From Thermodesulfovibrionales bacterium (GTDB lineage Bacteria > Nitrospirota > Thermodesulfovibrionia > Thermodesulfovibrionales > SM23-35), in NCBI GenBank assembly GCA_963715195.1, contig CAVQRT010000002.1:192001-256000 (forward strand): a stretch of DNA of 64,000 nucleotides. Reading direction: 5' to 3'. Positions 31,650-40,369 of the stretch are shown one piece after another. Under the pieces are notes generated by a model, which did no database searches, was not told where the DNA came from, and worked only from the letters and a program-made list of their open reading frames with translations. The position numbers and the translations under genes were made by a program. How positions within the stretch are numbered: the first letter of the stretch is position 1; every line of letters begins with the position of its first letter.

Positions 31650-32765
31650 ATGGTTAAGGTGAGAGGATTTATATCAGCATTCATGTCAGCAGTATCAAAC
31701 TGCAGGCTTTACTCAATTAATCATGAATCGGTTGTGGGACTCATCGAGAAAGTCTTTTTCATCCTTAATGAAATGTTTCATATATCTGGTACTGTAGAAA
31801 TAATGATCATTGATAGTGATCTTGTCGTTAACAACAACCCTCTGAAAGATACGAGCCTCCACGAGAAAAATTTCATTAAACTGCTGAAGAGAAAAGGTAT
31901 TTCTCATATTAATTTCATCAAAGGTTTCCCCCGTTCAGAATTGAAACAACTTATTGCTTATCTTGCAGCATCGAAGCAGGGAATAAAATCCTTACCACAT
32001 ATCAAGGTAGGAATTGTCGACGTATATCTCGGTGAATTCCAGATGGAAAGAGGGCAGGATACAGGAAACAGCCTGTCGAAATTTACCGCTGAGCAGATTG
32101 AGCAAGCCAGGATGGAATATGACAGATTATCACCTTTCAAAAAGCTCCGCCTCGCAGGATTTGAAGAAATCGTGATGCACTTTGTGCTGTCATTAAAAAA
32201 GGAATTCGATATCCTCAAGATATTAGAACCAAGCAAATCATATGTTGGATATGATTATACACACGCCAGCAATGTTTCAGTGCTTACAATATTACAAGCG
32301 CAGGCCCTCGGTATTCCAGAGGATTTACAGCGTGATATAGGTCTAGCAGCGCTTTTCCATGATGTCGGGAAATTATTGCTCCCCCGCGACTTGCTTCAGA
32401 AGCAAAATACCCATGAGGCAAAAGAGCGGGAAATTATGGAACTTCATCCCTTATATGGGGCACAATATCTTGCAAAGATAGACGGCCTGACTCATCTTGC
32501 GCCTATCGTAGCATTTGAGCATCATCTCAGATATGACGGCCGAGGACATCCAAAAATGAGAGTGAATAATATTAAACAGCATCTTTGCAGTCAGATGATA
32601 GCAATTGCCGACTCCTTTGATAATCTGAGGAAAACAGCACCTTCAAAGAAATCCTTAAACGTAAAAGAGATACTCGTTACAATGAAAACAAGCGACCCTG
32701 GATCCTTAAATCCCTTTTTATTAGACAATTTCATACGGTCCATCCATTTGTCTCTATCCCGATGA
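31650..32765 (+). CDS. HD-GYP-like phosphohydrolase
   Basis: YTHASNV, FHDVGK, HPLYG, EHH.RYDGRGHP, IADSFD; directly abuts the HEAT gene. Confidence 0.85.
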   Translation: MVKVRGFISAFMSAVSNCRLYSINHESVVGLIEKVFFILNEMFHISGTVEIMIIDSDLVVNNNPLKDTSLHEKNFIKLLKRKGISHINFIKGFPRSELKQLIAYLAASKQGIKSLPHIKVGIVDVYLGEFQMERGQDTGNSLSKFTAEQIEQARMEYDRLSPFKKLRLAGFEEIVMHFVLSLKKEFDILKILEPSKSYVGYDYTHASNVSVLTILQAQALGIPEDLQRDIGLAALFHDVGKLLLPRDLLQKQNTHEAKEREIMELHPLYGAQYLAKIDGLTHLAPIVAFEHHLRYDGRGHPKMRVNNIKQHLCSQMIAIADSFDNLRKTAPSKKSLNVKEILVTMKTSDPGSLNPFLLDNFIRSIHLSLSR

Positions 32766-32769
32766 ACAT

Positions 32770-33198
32770 TCATTGAAGAAATTCCACTTTACTTACTGAT
32801 GACATAACCGCATATACTTTCAGATTGTTGGATTCGGGATCCGTTGGAAATAAGAAAAAGCCTTGACGTTTTGGATCGCAACCTACAGTGGATCCAACTA
32901 ATACCTCACCATCCTTAAATATCACTCTCACCTTTCGTCCGGTGACTTGTTGACCTTCCTGGAAGTGTTTGCGTTCGTCATATGAAGGATTCCCTACGAA
33001 GTCTTTCACGAAGAATACAGCTTTAAGATCTTTCAAATGTACCTCAATTACCTTGCCCTCTTTATCGCCAAAAATTACTTCGGCATGAAATGATGATTTG
33101 TTGGGGAAAAAATCACGCGTATACCCCTTTATGAGTACACCATCAGCATATCTCAAGACAACTTTGATAAGTTCCGTCAGGGTATAACCTCTCCCCAA
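32770..33198 (-). CDS. Conserved hypothetical (DUF6982-like), paralog of 20243-20755
   Basis: KVVLRYADG..IKGYT.DFFPNK..FH, LKAVFFVKDF.GN, FKDGEVLVG, GFFLFP.DP.SNN; start uncertain (TTG 33198 or CTG 33180). Confidence 0.78.
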   Translation of the reverse strand: MGRGYTLTELIKVVLRYADGVLIKGYTRDFFPNKSSFHAEVIFGDKEGKVIEVHLKDLKAVFFVKDFVGNPSYDERKHFQEGQQVTGRKVRVIFKDGEVLVGSTVGCDPKRQGFFLFPTDPESNNLKVYAVMSSVSKVEFLQ

Positions 33199-33306
33199 TA
33201 ATAAAACAACTTAGAACTACTGATCATAATACAAACAATCAAAGCGTATACCCATGAGCAAGGCATTGTCCGTGAAAATCAGCACATAATTCCGAAAAAA
33301 CCACAT

Positions 33307-33579
33307 TTATTTCACCGCGTCTTTGAGGGATTTTCCAGCTGAAAACTTAGGAACCTTCGCTGCTTTGATAGATATTATTTCGCCTGTTCTCGGATTGCGT
33401 CCTTTTCTTGCTTTTCTCTTTGATACCTTGAATGTGCCAAAACCAACGAGTGTAACACTCTGCCCTTTCTTCAAGGCAGACGTTATCGAACCGATAAGAG
33501 CATTGACAGCCCTTGCGGCATCAGCCTTTGACAGCCTCGCATTTGAAACAACTTTTTCAATCAATTCTTCCTTTGTCAT
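33307..33579 (-). CDS. hup: DNA-binding protein HU
   Basis: MTKEELI, GFGTF, RKARKGRNPRTGE, PKFSAGKSLKDAV; AGGAGG RBS. Confidence 0.96.
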   Translation of the reverse strand: MTKEELIEKVVSNARLSKADAARAVNALIGSITSALKKGQSVTLVGFGTFKVSKRKARKGRNPRTGEIISIKAAKVPKFSAGKSLKDAVK

Positions 33580-33595
33580 TTTTACAGTTCCTCCT

Positions 33596-33853
33596 TTATT
33601 GGTTAATCAATTCTGTCGTATCCGTCACAGGAAATAGCTCCAGAGTACCAAGATCAGACCACATACGGTAAGCAGCTAACATTTCCTCACGATCTCCTTC
33701 CCCAATAAGACGAATTATTCGGCCTCTCTTCGTATCGCACCATTCGCCAAGTATTTTTGTTTTTCCGCATGCAGTCCCTTGCTCTTGCTTTCGCCTTTCA
33801 ATAACTTCATCGAACTTTTGAGGATCGAAGGTGAATATGGCTATAGATGGCAT
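33596..33853 (-). CDS. Small DUF3303/GYD-like ferredoxin-fold protein
   Basis: KILGEW.D...GR...L.E......M......WSDL...E.FPV pattern (recalled). Confidence 0.6.
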   Translation of the reverse strand: MPSIAIFTFDPQKFDEVIERRKQEQGTACGKTKILGEWCDTKRGRIIRLIGEGDREEMLAAYRMWSDLGTLELFPVTDTTELINQ

Positions 33854-33985
33854 GTATCAAATCTTCTTATTTGAGGTTTTCACCATAGGTGAGAAAGAAT
33901 CTATATGAACGAGACAACTTCTTCCCTTCGCAAGATATGCAAAAACAGGTGAGGTAGAAAAATTATAACTGATAAGGAGATACGA

Positions 33986-34160
33986 TATTTGTTGCACTCT
34001 TTTTCCCCCGGAGTGCCTGATTTTACTTCTTCCCCCAAATATTTACAAATTAAATATAACCATGATTATAAAGAAAATCAAGAGGAATTATAGAATTATA
34101 AAATGAACTCCGAAATAGTTTTGATTTTCGGTGCTTACAGGATTAAAAGTGCAACAAATA
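33986..34160. repeat. 13-bp perfect inverted repeat pair
   Basis: TATTTGTTGCACT (33986-33998) and AGTGCAACAAATA (34148-34160). Confidence 0.55.
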
Positions 34161-34240
34161 ATCTAGGTGCGAGTCCTTATGTATGCCATAGTCACCGTCC
34201 ATATTCATCCAGACAAAAAACATCCGGCATGAGTAGTTGA

Positions 34241-34510
34241 CTACGGGAAGTTGTAATGCTTCCTCACCGGTTTCTTGATATCCCACACACAGGAAAGCCC
34301 CTGGGGAAATGTGACGAAATCCCCTTTGCCGAATTGCACCTTTCTGCCGTCCTTTGTTTCAACAACTACCTCTCCCTCCAGAATATAGCATTCCTCAGTA
34401 GTGTCATAATACCAGTCAAATCGTGATACTTCCTTTTCCCAGATTCCCCAAGAGTCGACTTTGCGGTCTTCAAGAAATTGCCGGGTGGGTTTCTCCACTC
34501 TGATTTCCAT
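34241..34510 (-). CDS. Cupin_3 (DUF861/EutQ-like) protein
   Basis: W.IWEKEVS.FDW.Y...EECYILEGEV, GD.V.FP.G..C.W....PVRKHY. Confidence 0.85.
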   Translation of the reverse strand: MEIRVEKPTRQFLEDRKVDSWGIWEKEVSRFDWYYDTTEECYILEGEVVVETKDGRKVQFGKGDFVTFPQGLSCVWDIKKPVRKHYNFP

Positions 34511-34570
34511 ATCTTTCCTCCTGTCTTTTGCCAAAAGATTCCTCTCTGCCACCTTCTGAAGCTGCTTTGT

Positions 34571-36772
34571 TCAAACAGCGCTTGCTGAACGCAACCTGTC
34601 TTTCAACAACGTATACCTTTGCTGCGGTTTGTTGTTCTTTATTGCGATTGCGATCGCCTTCTTCGTCCCGACGAGTATTACCAATTTCCTGCCCCTTGTA
34701 ATGCCGGTATACAGAAGATTCCGTTGCAAAAGCATATAATGCTGGGTATGAACAGGCATTATGATCACGGGGTACTCACTCCCCTGAGATTTGTGAACAG
34801 ATACAGCATATGCCAGAACTAATTCATCAAGTTCTGAATACTCATACGGAACAGGTCTGCCGTCGTAATTCACGATCACTTCCTGGGTTTCCCTGTCAAT
34901 TTTTATTATTCGCCCAATGTCTCCGTTAAATACCTCTTTATCGTAATTGTTCCTGATCTGCATGACCTTATCACCGGCCTTCAAGACTTTCCCGCCTCTC
35001 ACCAGTTCATCAGATGAGGGATTCAAATGCTTCTGAAGCTCTGCATTCAGGTTTGCAGCTCCGATAAGACCCCTGTGCATCGGAGTCAAGACCTGCAAAT
35101 CCTCAACAGGATTATACCCGAATTTCGCGGGTATCTTCTCCTTGCAGAGTTCAAGGATCTTCTCCAGTGCCTTTTCCGGTTCTTCTGCCGGGAAGAAATA
35201 GAAATCGTGCAGACGACCGCCATCACTGCTGATTACCGGCATTTCACCGTTATTGATTCTGTGGGCATTGACAGTAATCAGGCTCTCTTTGGCCTGTCTG
35301 AAAATCTCCGTCAACCGCACCGTCGGTATGATCCCGGAATCGATAATATCTTTTAAGACATTCCCCGCACCTACAGAAGGCAGTTGGTCAACATCCCCGA
35401 CAAATACGACAACAGCATCTCCCGGAACGGCCTTCAGAAAATGATACATCAGGATGGTATCAACCATGGATGATTCATCAATGACGATTAACCCTGCTTG
35501 CAAAGGGCTGCTCTCATCCCGTTTGAATCTTCCCTCCCTGGGGCTGAACTCAAGCAGCCTATGAATAGTTTTTGCCTCATGACCTGTGGCTTCTGACATC
35601 CTCTTCGCAGCCCTCCCGGTAGGTGCGGCAAGGAGAACCTTCTGCCCCAATCTTGTGTATATCCTGATGATTGCATTAATAAGGGTGGTCTTGCCGGTAC
35701 CCGGTCCACCCGTAACAACCAGAACTTTTTTATCGAGGGCTTCCCCGACTGCCTTTTTCTGGAGTTCTGCAAGCCGTATCTGTAACTCTCCCTGCACCCA
35801 TTCAAGAGCGTTATCCCCGCCAAAAGACCTTACCCTCTGAACCGGAATCATCAGGTTCTTCAGCATCTGAGCCGCGCCGGTTTCAGCGGCATGAAACTTC
35901 ACTAGGTAGACAGCCCTGTTTTTGATTTCCATCTCCCCTGCCGTGCTGCAATCCTCTATGATTATCCTTTTATCTGAAACAATCTTTTCAAATGCGCTGA
36001 CAACGGTATCCTTACCGACACCGAGAACTTTCCCGCATTCCTCTAACAGAGGCTCATAAGGGTAACAGACGTGGCCTTCTTCAGATAATTGGTGAAGCAC
36101 GTAGAGAATTCCGGCCTCAACCCTCATCAATGATTCTTTGGGAATATCGAGTTTTTCGGCTATTTTGTCGGCTGTAATAAACCCTATGCCGAATATATCC
36201 GTTGCAAGCCTGTAGGGATTATCCCGGACTACCTTAATGGATTCCTTTCCGTATTGTTTGAATATCTTTGCTCCATAAGCCGGGGTAACACCATGCCCCT
36301 GAAGAAAGAGCATCACCTCCCGTATCTCCTTTTGAGCATCCCATGCTGTCCGAATCATCTCGATTCTCTTGCTCCCGATCCCTTCAACCTCATGAAGTTT
36401 TTGAATGTTGGTTTCTATGATTTGAAGTATTTCCGAGCCGAACTTGGAGACAAGCCTTTTCGCCATGATAGGGCCTATGCCCTTTACAAGTCCTGAGCCA
36501 AGATACTTCTCGATGCCTTTTGCGGTGGCAGGAACTACAGACTGGTAGGATACAACCCGAAACTGCTCTCCGAACTTGGGGTGGTTGTCCCACTGACCTT
36601 CCAGTTTCAGGACTTCCCCTGCACTCACCGAAAACAGCGTGCCTACAATAGTAACGAGGTCATGTCTCCCTTTAACTCTTGCCCGTGCGATTGTATAGCC
36701 GTTTTCTTCGTTGCAGTAGGTAATCCTCTCTATTTGTGCCCCGATTTCAGTCAGCATGGTAATTTTGTCCAC
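34571..36772 (-). CDS. recD2: ATP-dependent RecD-like helicase RecD2
   Basis: HhH motifs (GIGP..A, GIGF.TAD), TGGPGTGKTT, DESSM, GDVDQLPSVG, HKSQGSEY. Confidence 0.93.
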   Translation of the reverse strand: MDKITMLTEIGAQIERITYCNEENGYTIARARVKGRHDLVTIVGTLFSVSAGEVLKLEGQWDNHPKFGEQFRVVSYQSVVPATAKGIEKYLGSGLVKGIGPIMAKRLVSKFGSEILQIIETNIQKLHEVEGIGSKRIEMIRTAWDAQKEIREVMLFLQGHGVTPAYGAKIFKQYGKESIKVVRDNPYRLATDIFGIGFITADKIAEKLDIPKESLMRVEAGILYVLHQLSEEGHVCYPYEPLLEECGKVLGVGKDTVVSAFEKIVSDKRIIIEDCSTAGEMEIKNRAVYLVKFHAAETGAAQMLKNLMIPVQRVRSFGGDNALEWVQGELQIRLAELQKKAVGEALDKKVLVVTGGPGTGKTTLINAIIRIYTRLGQKVLLAAPTGRAAKRMSEATGHEAKTIHRLLEFSPREGRFKRDESSPLQAGLIVIDESSMVDTILMYHFLKAVPGDAVVVFVGDVDQLPSVGAGNVLKDIIDSGIIPTVRLTEIFRQAKESLITVNAHRINNGEMPVISSDGGRLHDFYFFPAEEPEKALEKILELCKEKIPAKFGYNPVEDLQVLTPMHRGLIGAANLNAELQKHLNPSSDELVRGGKVLKAGDKVMQIRNNYDKEVFNGDIGRIIKIDRETQEVIVNYDGRPVPYEYSELDELVLAYAVSVHKSQGSEYPVIIMPVHTQHYMLLQRNLLYTGITRGRKLVILVGTKKAIAIAIKNNKPQQRYTLLKDRLRSASAV

Positions 36773-36844
36773 ATTGAGGGATTAATAACATAAACCTGCT
36801 GGCAGATATTGTATGAGAGCGGATTCTTCTGCCGTTAAAGGAGG

Positions 36845-37858
36845 TTAACTGCTGATTTCTCCGTTCACAGACGGCAGGCTCTTCTTATATACTTCATCCA
36901 GTATTTCCTTTGCCCCTTTCGAGAGAACCTCTTCAGCTAACGAAATACCAAGGGTCTCTGCATGACCGGGATCACCCTCAATACTACCCTTTATGATCCT
37001 GTCACCGGAGATGCTCCCGACAAGGCCATGCATCACGATTTTCCCATCGGCAAGCCTTGCGTGCGCAGCGATAGGCACCTGGCAACCCCCTTCCAACTTC
37101 CTCAGGAATGCCCTTTCAGCTTTCACGCAGGTGAACGTTTCCGGATGATTTAATGCTGTAATGAGGTTATTTACCCACTCATCGTTTATCCTGCATTCAA
37201 TACCGATGGCACCCTGTCCTATTGCCGGAAGGCTGATATCAGGCGGGATGAATTCAGTTACCCTTTGCTGCCATCCGAGCCTCTTCACCCCGGCGGCTGC
37301 CAGAATGATGGCATCGAACTGACCTTCATCCAGTTTCCTCAGCCTTGTATCAAGATTCCCCCGCAACTGCTCTACTTTCAGATCAGGCCTGAGGCTGAGC
37401 AGTTGGCATGACCTCCGGAGGCTGCTCGTCCCGACTTTTGCATGTTCAGGAAGTGAGAATATGAATGAGGGTTTTGACGTTTGACGTTTGACATTTGACT
37501 TTTCACGTTTTGCCTTTAACGTTTTGCTTACGATCAATGCATCCCTCGGGTCCTCCCGTTCACAGACGACCGCGAGGTGCAGGCCATCCGGAAAGTCTGT
37601 AGGGACGTCCTTCATGCTGTGGACGGCGATATCAGCCTCGCGCCTCAGGAGCGCCTCCTCTATCTCTTTGACAAACAACCCCTTTCCCCCAACCTGAGCT
37701 AATGGAACATCTAAAATCTTGTCACCGGTTGTTTTGATCTTCTGGATCCCGATCGAAAGATCGGGGAAACGTTTTTGCAACTGCGTTTTCACAAATTCAG
37801 CCTGCCAGAGAGCAAGTTTGCTGCCCCGCGTACCGATCGTTAGCCGCTCAGTCTTCAT
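36845..37858 (-). CDS. hemC: Hydroxymethylbilane synthase
   Basis: GTRGSKLALWQ, GGKGLFVKE, VHSMKDVP, GTSSLRR, LEGGCQVPI. Confidence 0.96.
   Translation of the reverse strand: MKTERLTIGTRGSKLALWQAEFVKTQLQKRFPDLSIGIQKIKTTGDKILDVPLAQVGGKGLFVKEIEEALLRREADIAVHSMKDVPTDFPDGLHLAVVCEREDPRDALIVSKTLKAKREKSNVKRQTSKPSFIFSLPEHAKVGTSSLRRSCQLLSLRPDLKVEQLRGNLDTRLRKLDEGQFDAIILAAAGVKRLGWQQRVTEFIPPDISLPAIGQGAIGIECRINDEWVNNLITALNHPETFTCVKAERAFLRKLEGGCQVPIAAHARLADGKIVMHGLVGSISGDRIIKGSIEGDPGHAETLGISLAEEVLSKGAKEILDEVYKKSLPSVNGEISS
37473..37528. repeat. 7-mer tandem repeat (8 units), in frame in hemC
   Basis: TTTGACG TTTGACG TTTGACA TTTGACT TTTCACG TTTTGCC TTTAACG TTTTGCT. Confidence 0.8.
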
Positions 37859-39122
37859 GCTTTTCTCCGTTGATACCGTACAGCCGCCTGATAGCGGCAA
37901 CAAGCATTTCCTTATTCTCGGTGTCTCCCTTCAATGCGGCAGTGGGAGGATGGATGAGTTTATTCATGATGGCGGTTGCCATGTATTCAATGGCTTCACG
38001 CTCTTTCTCTCCAAGATTGCTGAACTTGCCGAAAAGTTTATCAAGTTCTTCTTTCCTTATCTCCTCGGCCTTTTCCCGCAAGGCGATTATTGTCGGTACA
38101 GAATCAAGAGATGCCTGCCATTTGACAAATGTCTCCAGTTCTTCAGCGATAATCTTTTCTGCCTTCTCAGCCTCCTTCTGACGTTCAAACATATTCGAAT
38201 CAACAACACCCTGGAGGTCGTCGACGTTATAGAGATAGACATTCTCCAGATCATTGATTGCGGGATCGATATTTCTCGGGACAGAAATGTCGATGATAAA
38301 GACCTGGCGCTGTTTTCTCTCTTTCATCACCTTTTGCATCTGGCCTTTTGTGAGGATATAGTGCGGTGCCCCGGTTGAGCAGATCATAATATCCGTTCCC
38401 GCCATCTCATGAATGAACTCCTCGAATTTCACCGGCCTTCCGTTGAACTCCTCGGCAAGATCACACGCGCGGTCATACGTCCTGTTGGAAACCAGAACCT
38501 CTTTCACGCCATTCCCGATCAGATGCCTTGCAGCGAGCTCAGCCATCTCACCTGCACCTAAGAGCATGAATACCCTCGTGGAGAGATCGGTAAATATCTT
38601 TTTCCCCAGTTCAACTGCCGCGAAACTAATAGAAACCGCATTCTCAGCTATTTTCGTCTCTGTTCTTACCCTTTTTGCCACAGAGATCGCCTTTTTCATC
38701 AGTTTATTCAGAAGAATACCGGTAGTTTTTTTCGAAAGCGCCAGTTCAAAGGCATCCTTCAGCTGGCCAAGGATCTGCGGTTCCCCGAGCACCATTGAAT
38801 CGAGACTTGCAGCCACTCTGAAGGCATGCCTTACAGCCTGCATATCATCATAGATATACAATGAATTGTCGAGGGAGCCTCTGTTGATATTATGGAATGC
38901 TGAGAGAAATGACTTAATGGATTCCGTTGCCTGGGGGGTATCCTGAATATTTGCATACAGTTCTACCCTGTTGCAGGTAGAGATAATCATTGCCTCCTCT
39001 ATCCCCGGCAGTTCTCTGAACCGTATCAGGCCTTCTTCGAGTTTATCTCCCTGGAACGCGAGCTTTTCCCTCACCTCAACATCGGCAATCTTGTGATTCA
39101 GGCCTACGACGAAAACTTTCAT
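37848..39122 (-). CDS. hemA: Glutamyl-tRNA reductase
   Basis: GLNHK.A.VEVRE, STCNRVE, SLDSMVLGEPQILGQ, GAGEM, DISVPRNI. Confidence 0.96.
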   Translation of the reverse strand: MKVFVVGLNHKIADVEVREKLAFQGDKLEEGLIRFRELPGIEEAMIISTCNRVELYANIQDTPQATESIKSFLSAFHNINRGSLDNSLYIYDDMQAVRHAFRVAASLDSMVLGEPQILGQLKDAFELALSKKTTGILLNKLMKKAISVAKRVRTETKIAENAVSISFAAVELGKKIFTDLSTRVFMLLGAGEMAELAARHLIGNGVKEVLVSNRTYDRACDLAEEFNGRPVKFEEFIHEMAGTDIMICSTGAPHYILTKGQMQKVMKERKQRQVFIIDISVPRNIDPAINDLENVYLYNVDDLQGVVDSNMFERQKEAEKAEKIIAEELETFVKWQASLDSVPTIIALREKAEEIRKEELDKLFGKFSNLGEKEREAIEYMATAIMNKLIHPPTAALKGDTENKEMLVAAIRRLYGINGEKHED

Positions 39123-39934
39123 AGAAAAACGTGAAGCCCTTTCCTGAGTAATTTCACCCCGAAGAAAGCAATGATAATCGTGAGGAAGCCGATTATGGAC
39201 AACACCGCCGCCCTTCTCCCCCGCCACCCTGCTACCAGCCGCGCATGCAGGATGATGGCATAAATGAACCATGTGATCAGCGACCAGGTTTCCCGGGGGT
39301 CCCAGTTCCAGTAGCTTCCCCATGCGGACTCCGCCCAGAGCGCACCGGTAATAATCGCCAGGGTGAGCAGCGGAAAGCCGAAGGTGATCAGTCTGTAGTT
39401 GATTTCATCGAGAGTCTGCAGGCTCGGCAATCTCCCGAAGAGACTGCCCAGGTGCTTGGTTTTTACATAACGTTCCTGGACAAGATACATGAAACCGATC
39501 CCGAAGGCAAGGGCAAAAGCAGCATTGCCGAGAAAGGCAAACACCGTGTGAATGCCAAGCCAGTAACTCTGTAGCGTCGGGCTCAAAGGTTTTATTTCCC
39601 GCGGGAGCATGGATGATGAGAGCATGAGTATAAAAACAAGCGGCATGATAAAAGAGGAGAGAAGGCTGATTTTATAGCGATACTGAAGGACAAAAAATAT
39701 GAGTACAATGCACCAGGCAAAAAAAGACGTTGCTTCATGCGGATTCGTTATAGGGATGTGTCCTGCGGTAATGTACCGGTAGATAATGCTTATGGTGTGC
39801 AGGGAGAAGCCGGCGATTGCAGATAACAGGGCAATTTTTGCCGTTGTTTTTGACTCCTTAAACAGTTCGGTAATACCGATGAGCGCAGCAGCAAAATAGC
39901 AGGTGAGGGCGAGTTCAAATAGGAGTACCCCCAT
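39119..39934 (-). CDS. ccsA: Cytochrome c biogenesis protein CcsA/CcsB (WWD domain)
   Basis: Multi-TM, GALWAESAWGSYWNWDPRETW, conserved His residues. Confidence 0.9.
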   Translation of the reverse strand: MGVLLFELALTCYFAAALIGITELFKESKTTAKIALLSAIAGFSLHTISIIYRYITAGHIPITNPHEATSFFAWCIVLIFFVLQYRYKISLLSSFIMPLVFILMLSSSMLPREIKPLSPTLQSYWLGIHTVFAFLGNAAFALAFGIGFMYLVQERYVKTKHLGSLFGRLPSLQTLDEINYRLITFGFPLLTLAIITGALWAESAWGSYWNWDPRETWSLITWFIYAIILHARLVAGWRGRRAAVLSIIGFLTIIIAFFGVKLLRKGLHVFL

Positions 39935-40104
39935 TAGAAACAGCCAAGCTCGCAGGCGGTAATTTTTACCCGAAGCTCATCGGCAGCTATGCCGACTTCC
40001 TTGTATGGGACAGAGAGGTCCAGTGCAATTTTTCTTGCGACAGCACAGGGCAGCCTGTTGTTTATAGCCTTTTTCTGTATTTCTTCCTTTATCTTATCTT
40101 CCAT
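39934..40104 (-). CDS. Small Cys-containing protein (56 aa), not in ORF track
   Basis: MEDKIKEEIQKKAINNRLPCAVARKIALDLSVPYKEVGIAADELRVKITACELGCF; TAATG coupling to ccsA. Confidence 0.8.
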   Translation of the reverse strand: MEDKIKEEIQKKAINNRLPCAVARKIALDLSVPYKEVGIAADELRVKITACELGCF

Positions 40105-40114
40105 CGCAAGAAAC

Positions 40115-40203
40115 GGGGTCCACAGGTCCGAGGATTTCGGGGATCAAAAAGATTTTTTTGATTTCTGAGCACGTAAGTCCTTGAATCCTTTGGCCCGAAC
40201 CCT
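40115..40203. repeat. Degenerate inverted 8-mer repeat cassette
   Basis: GGGTCC..GGTCCGAGGATTTCGGGGATC then CCTTGAATCCTTTGGCCC; same family as 13849, 49782 and 55177. Confidence 0.5.
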
Positions 40204-40369
40204 CTTTTTATTAAAAATATTACATCATGCTTCTTTAAAAACTCAATGAAGCTGATTTTGAGGTCCTGATGCATGTATGCTTGATCCGTAACAATAAATT
40301 CAGTTATATAATAACACTATTAATGCTATTATATAACCGCGTTATAATGAAGTCTTTCCCCTTGTTATC

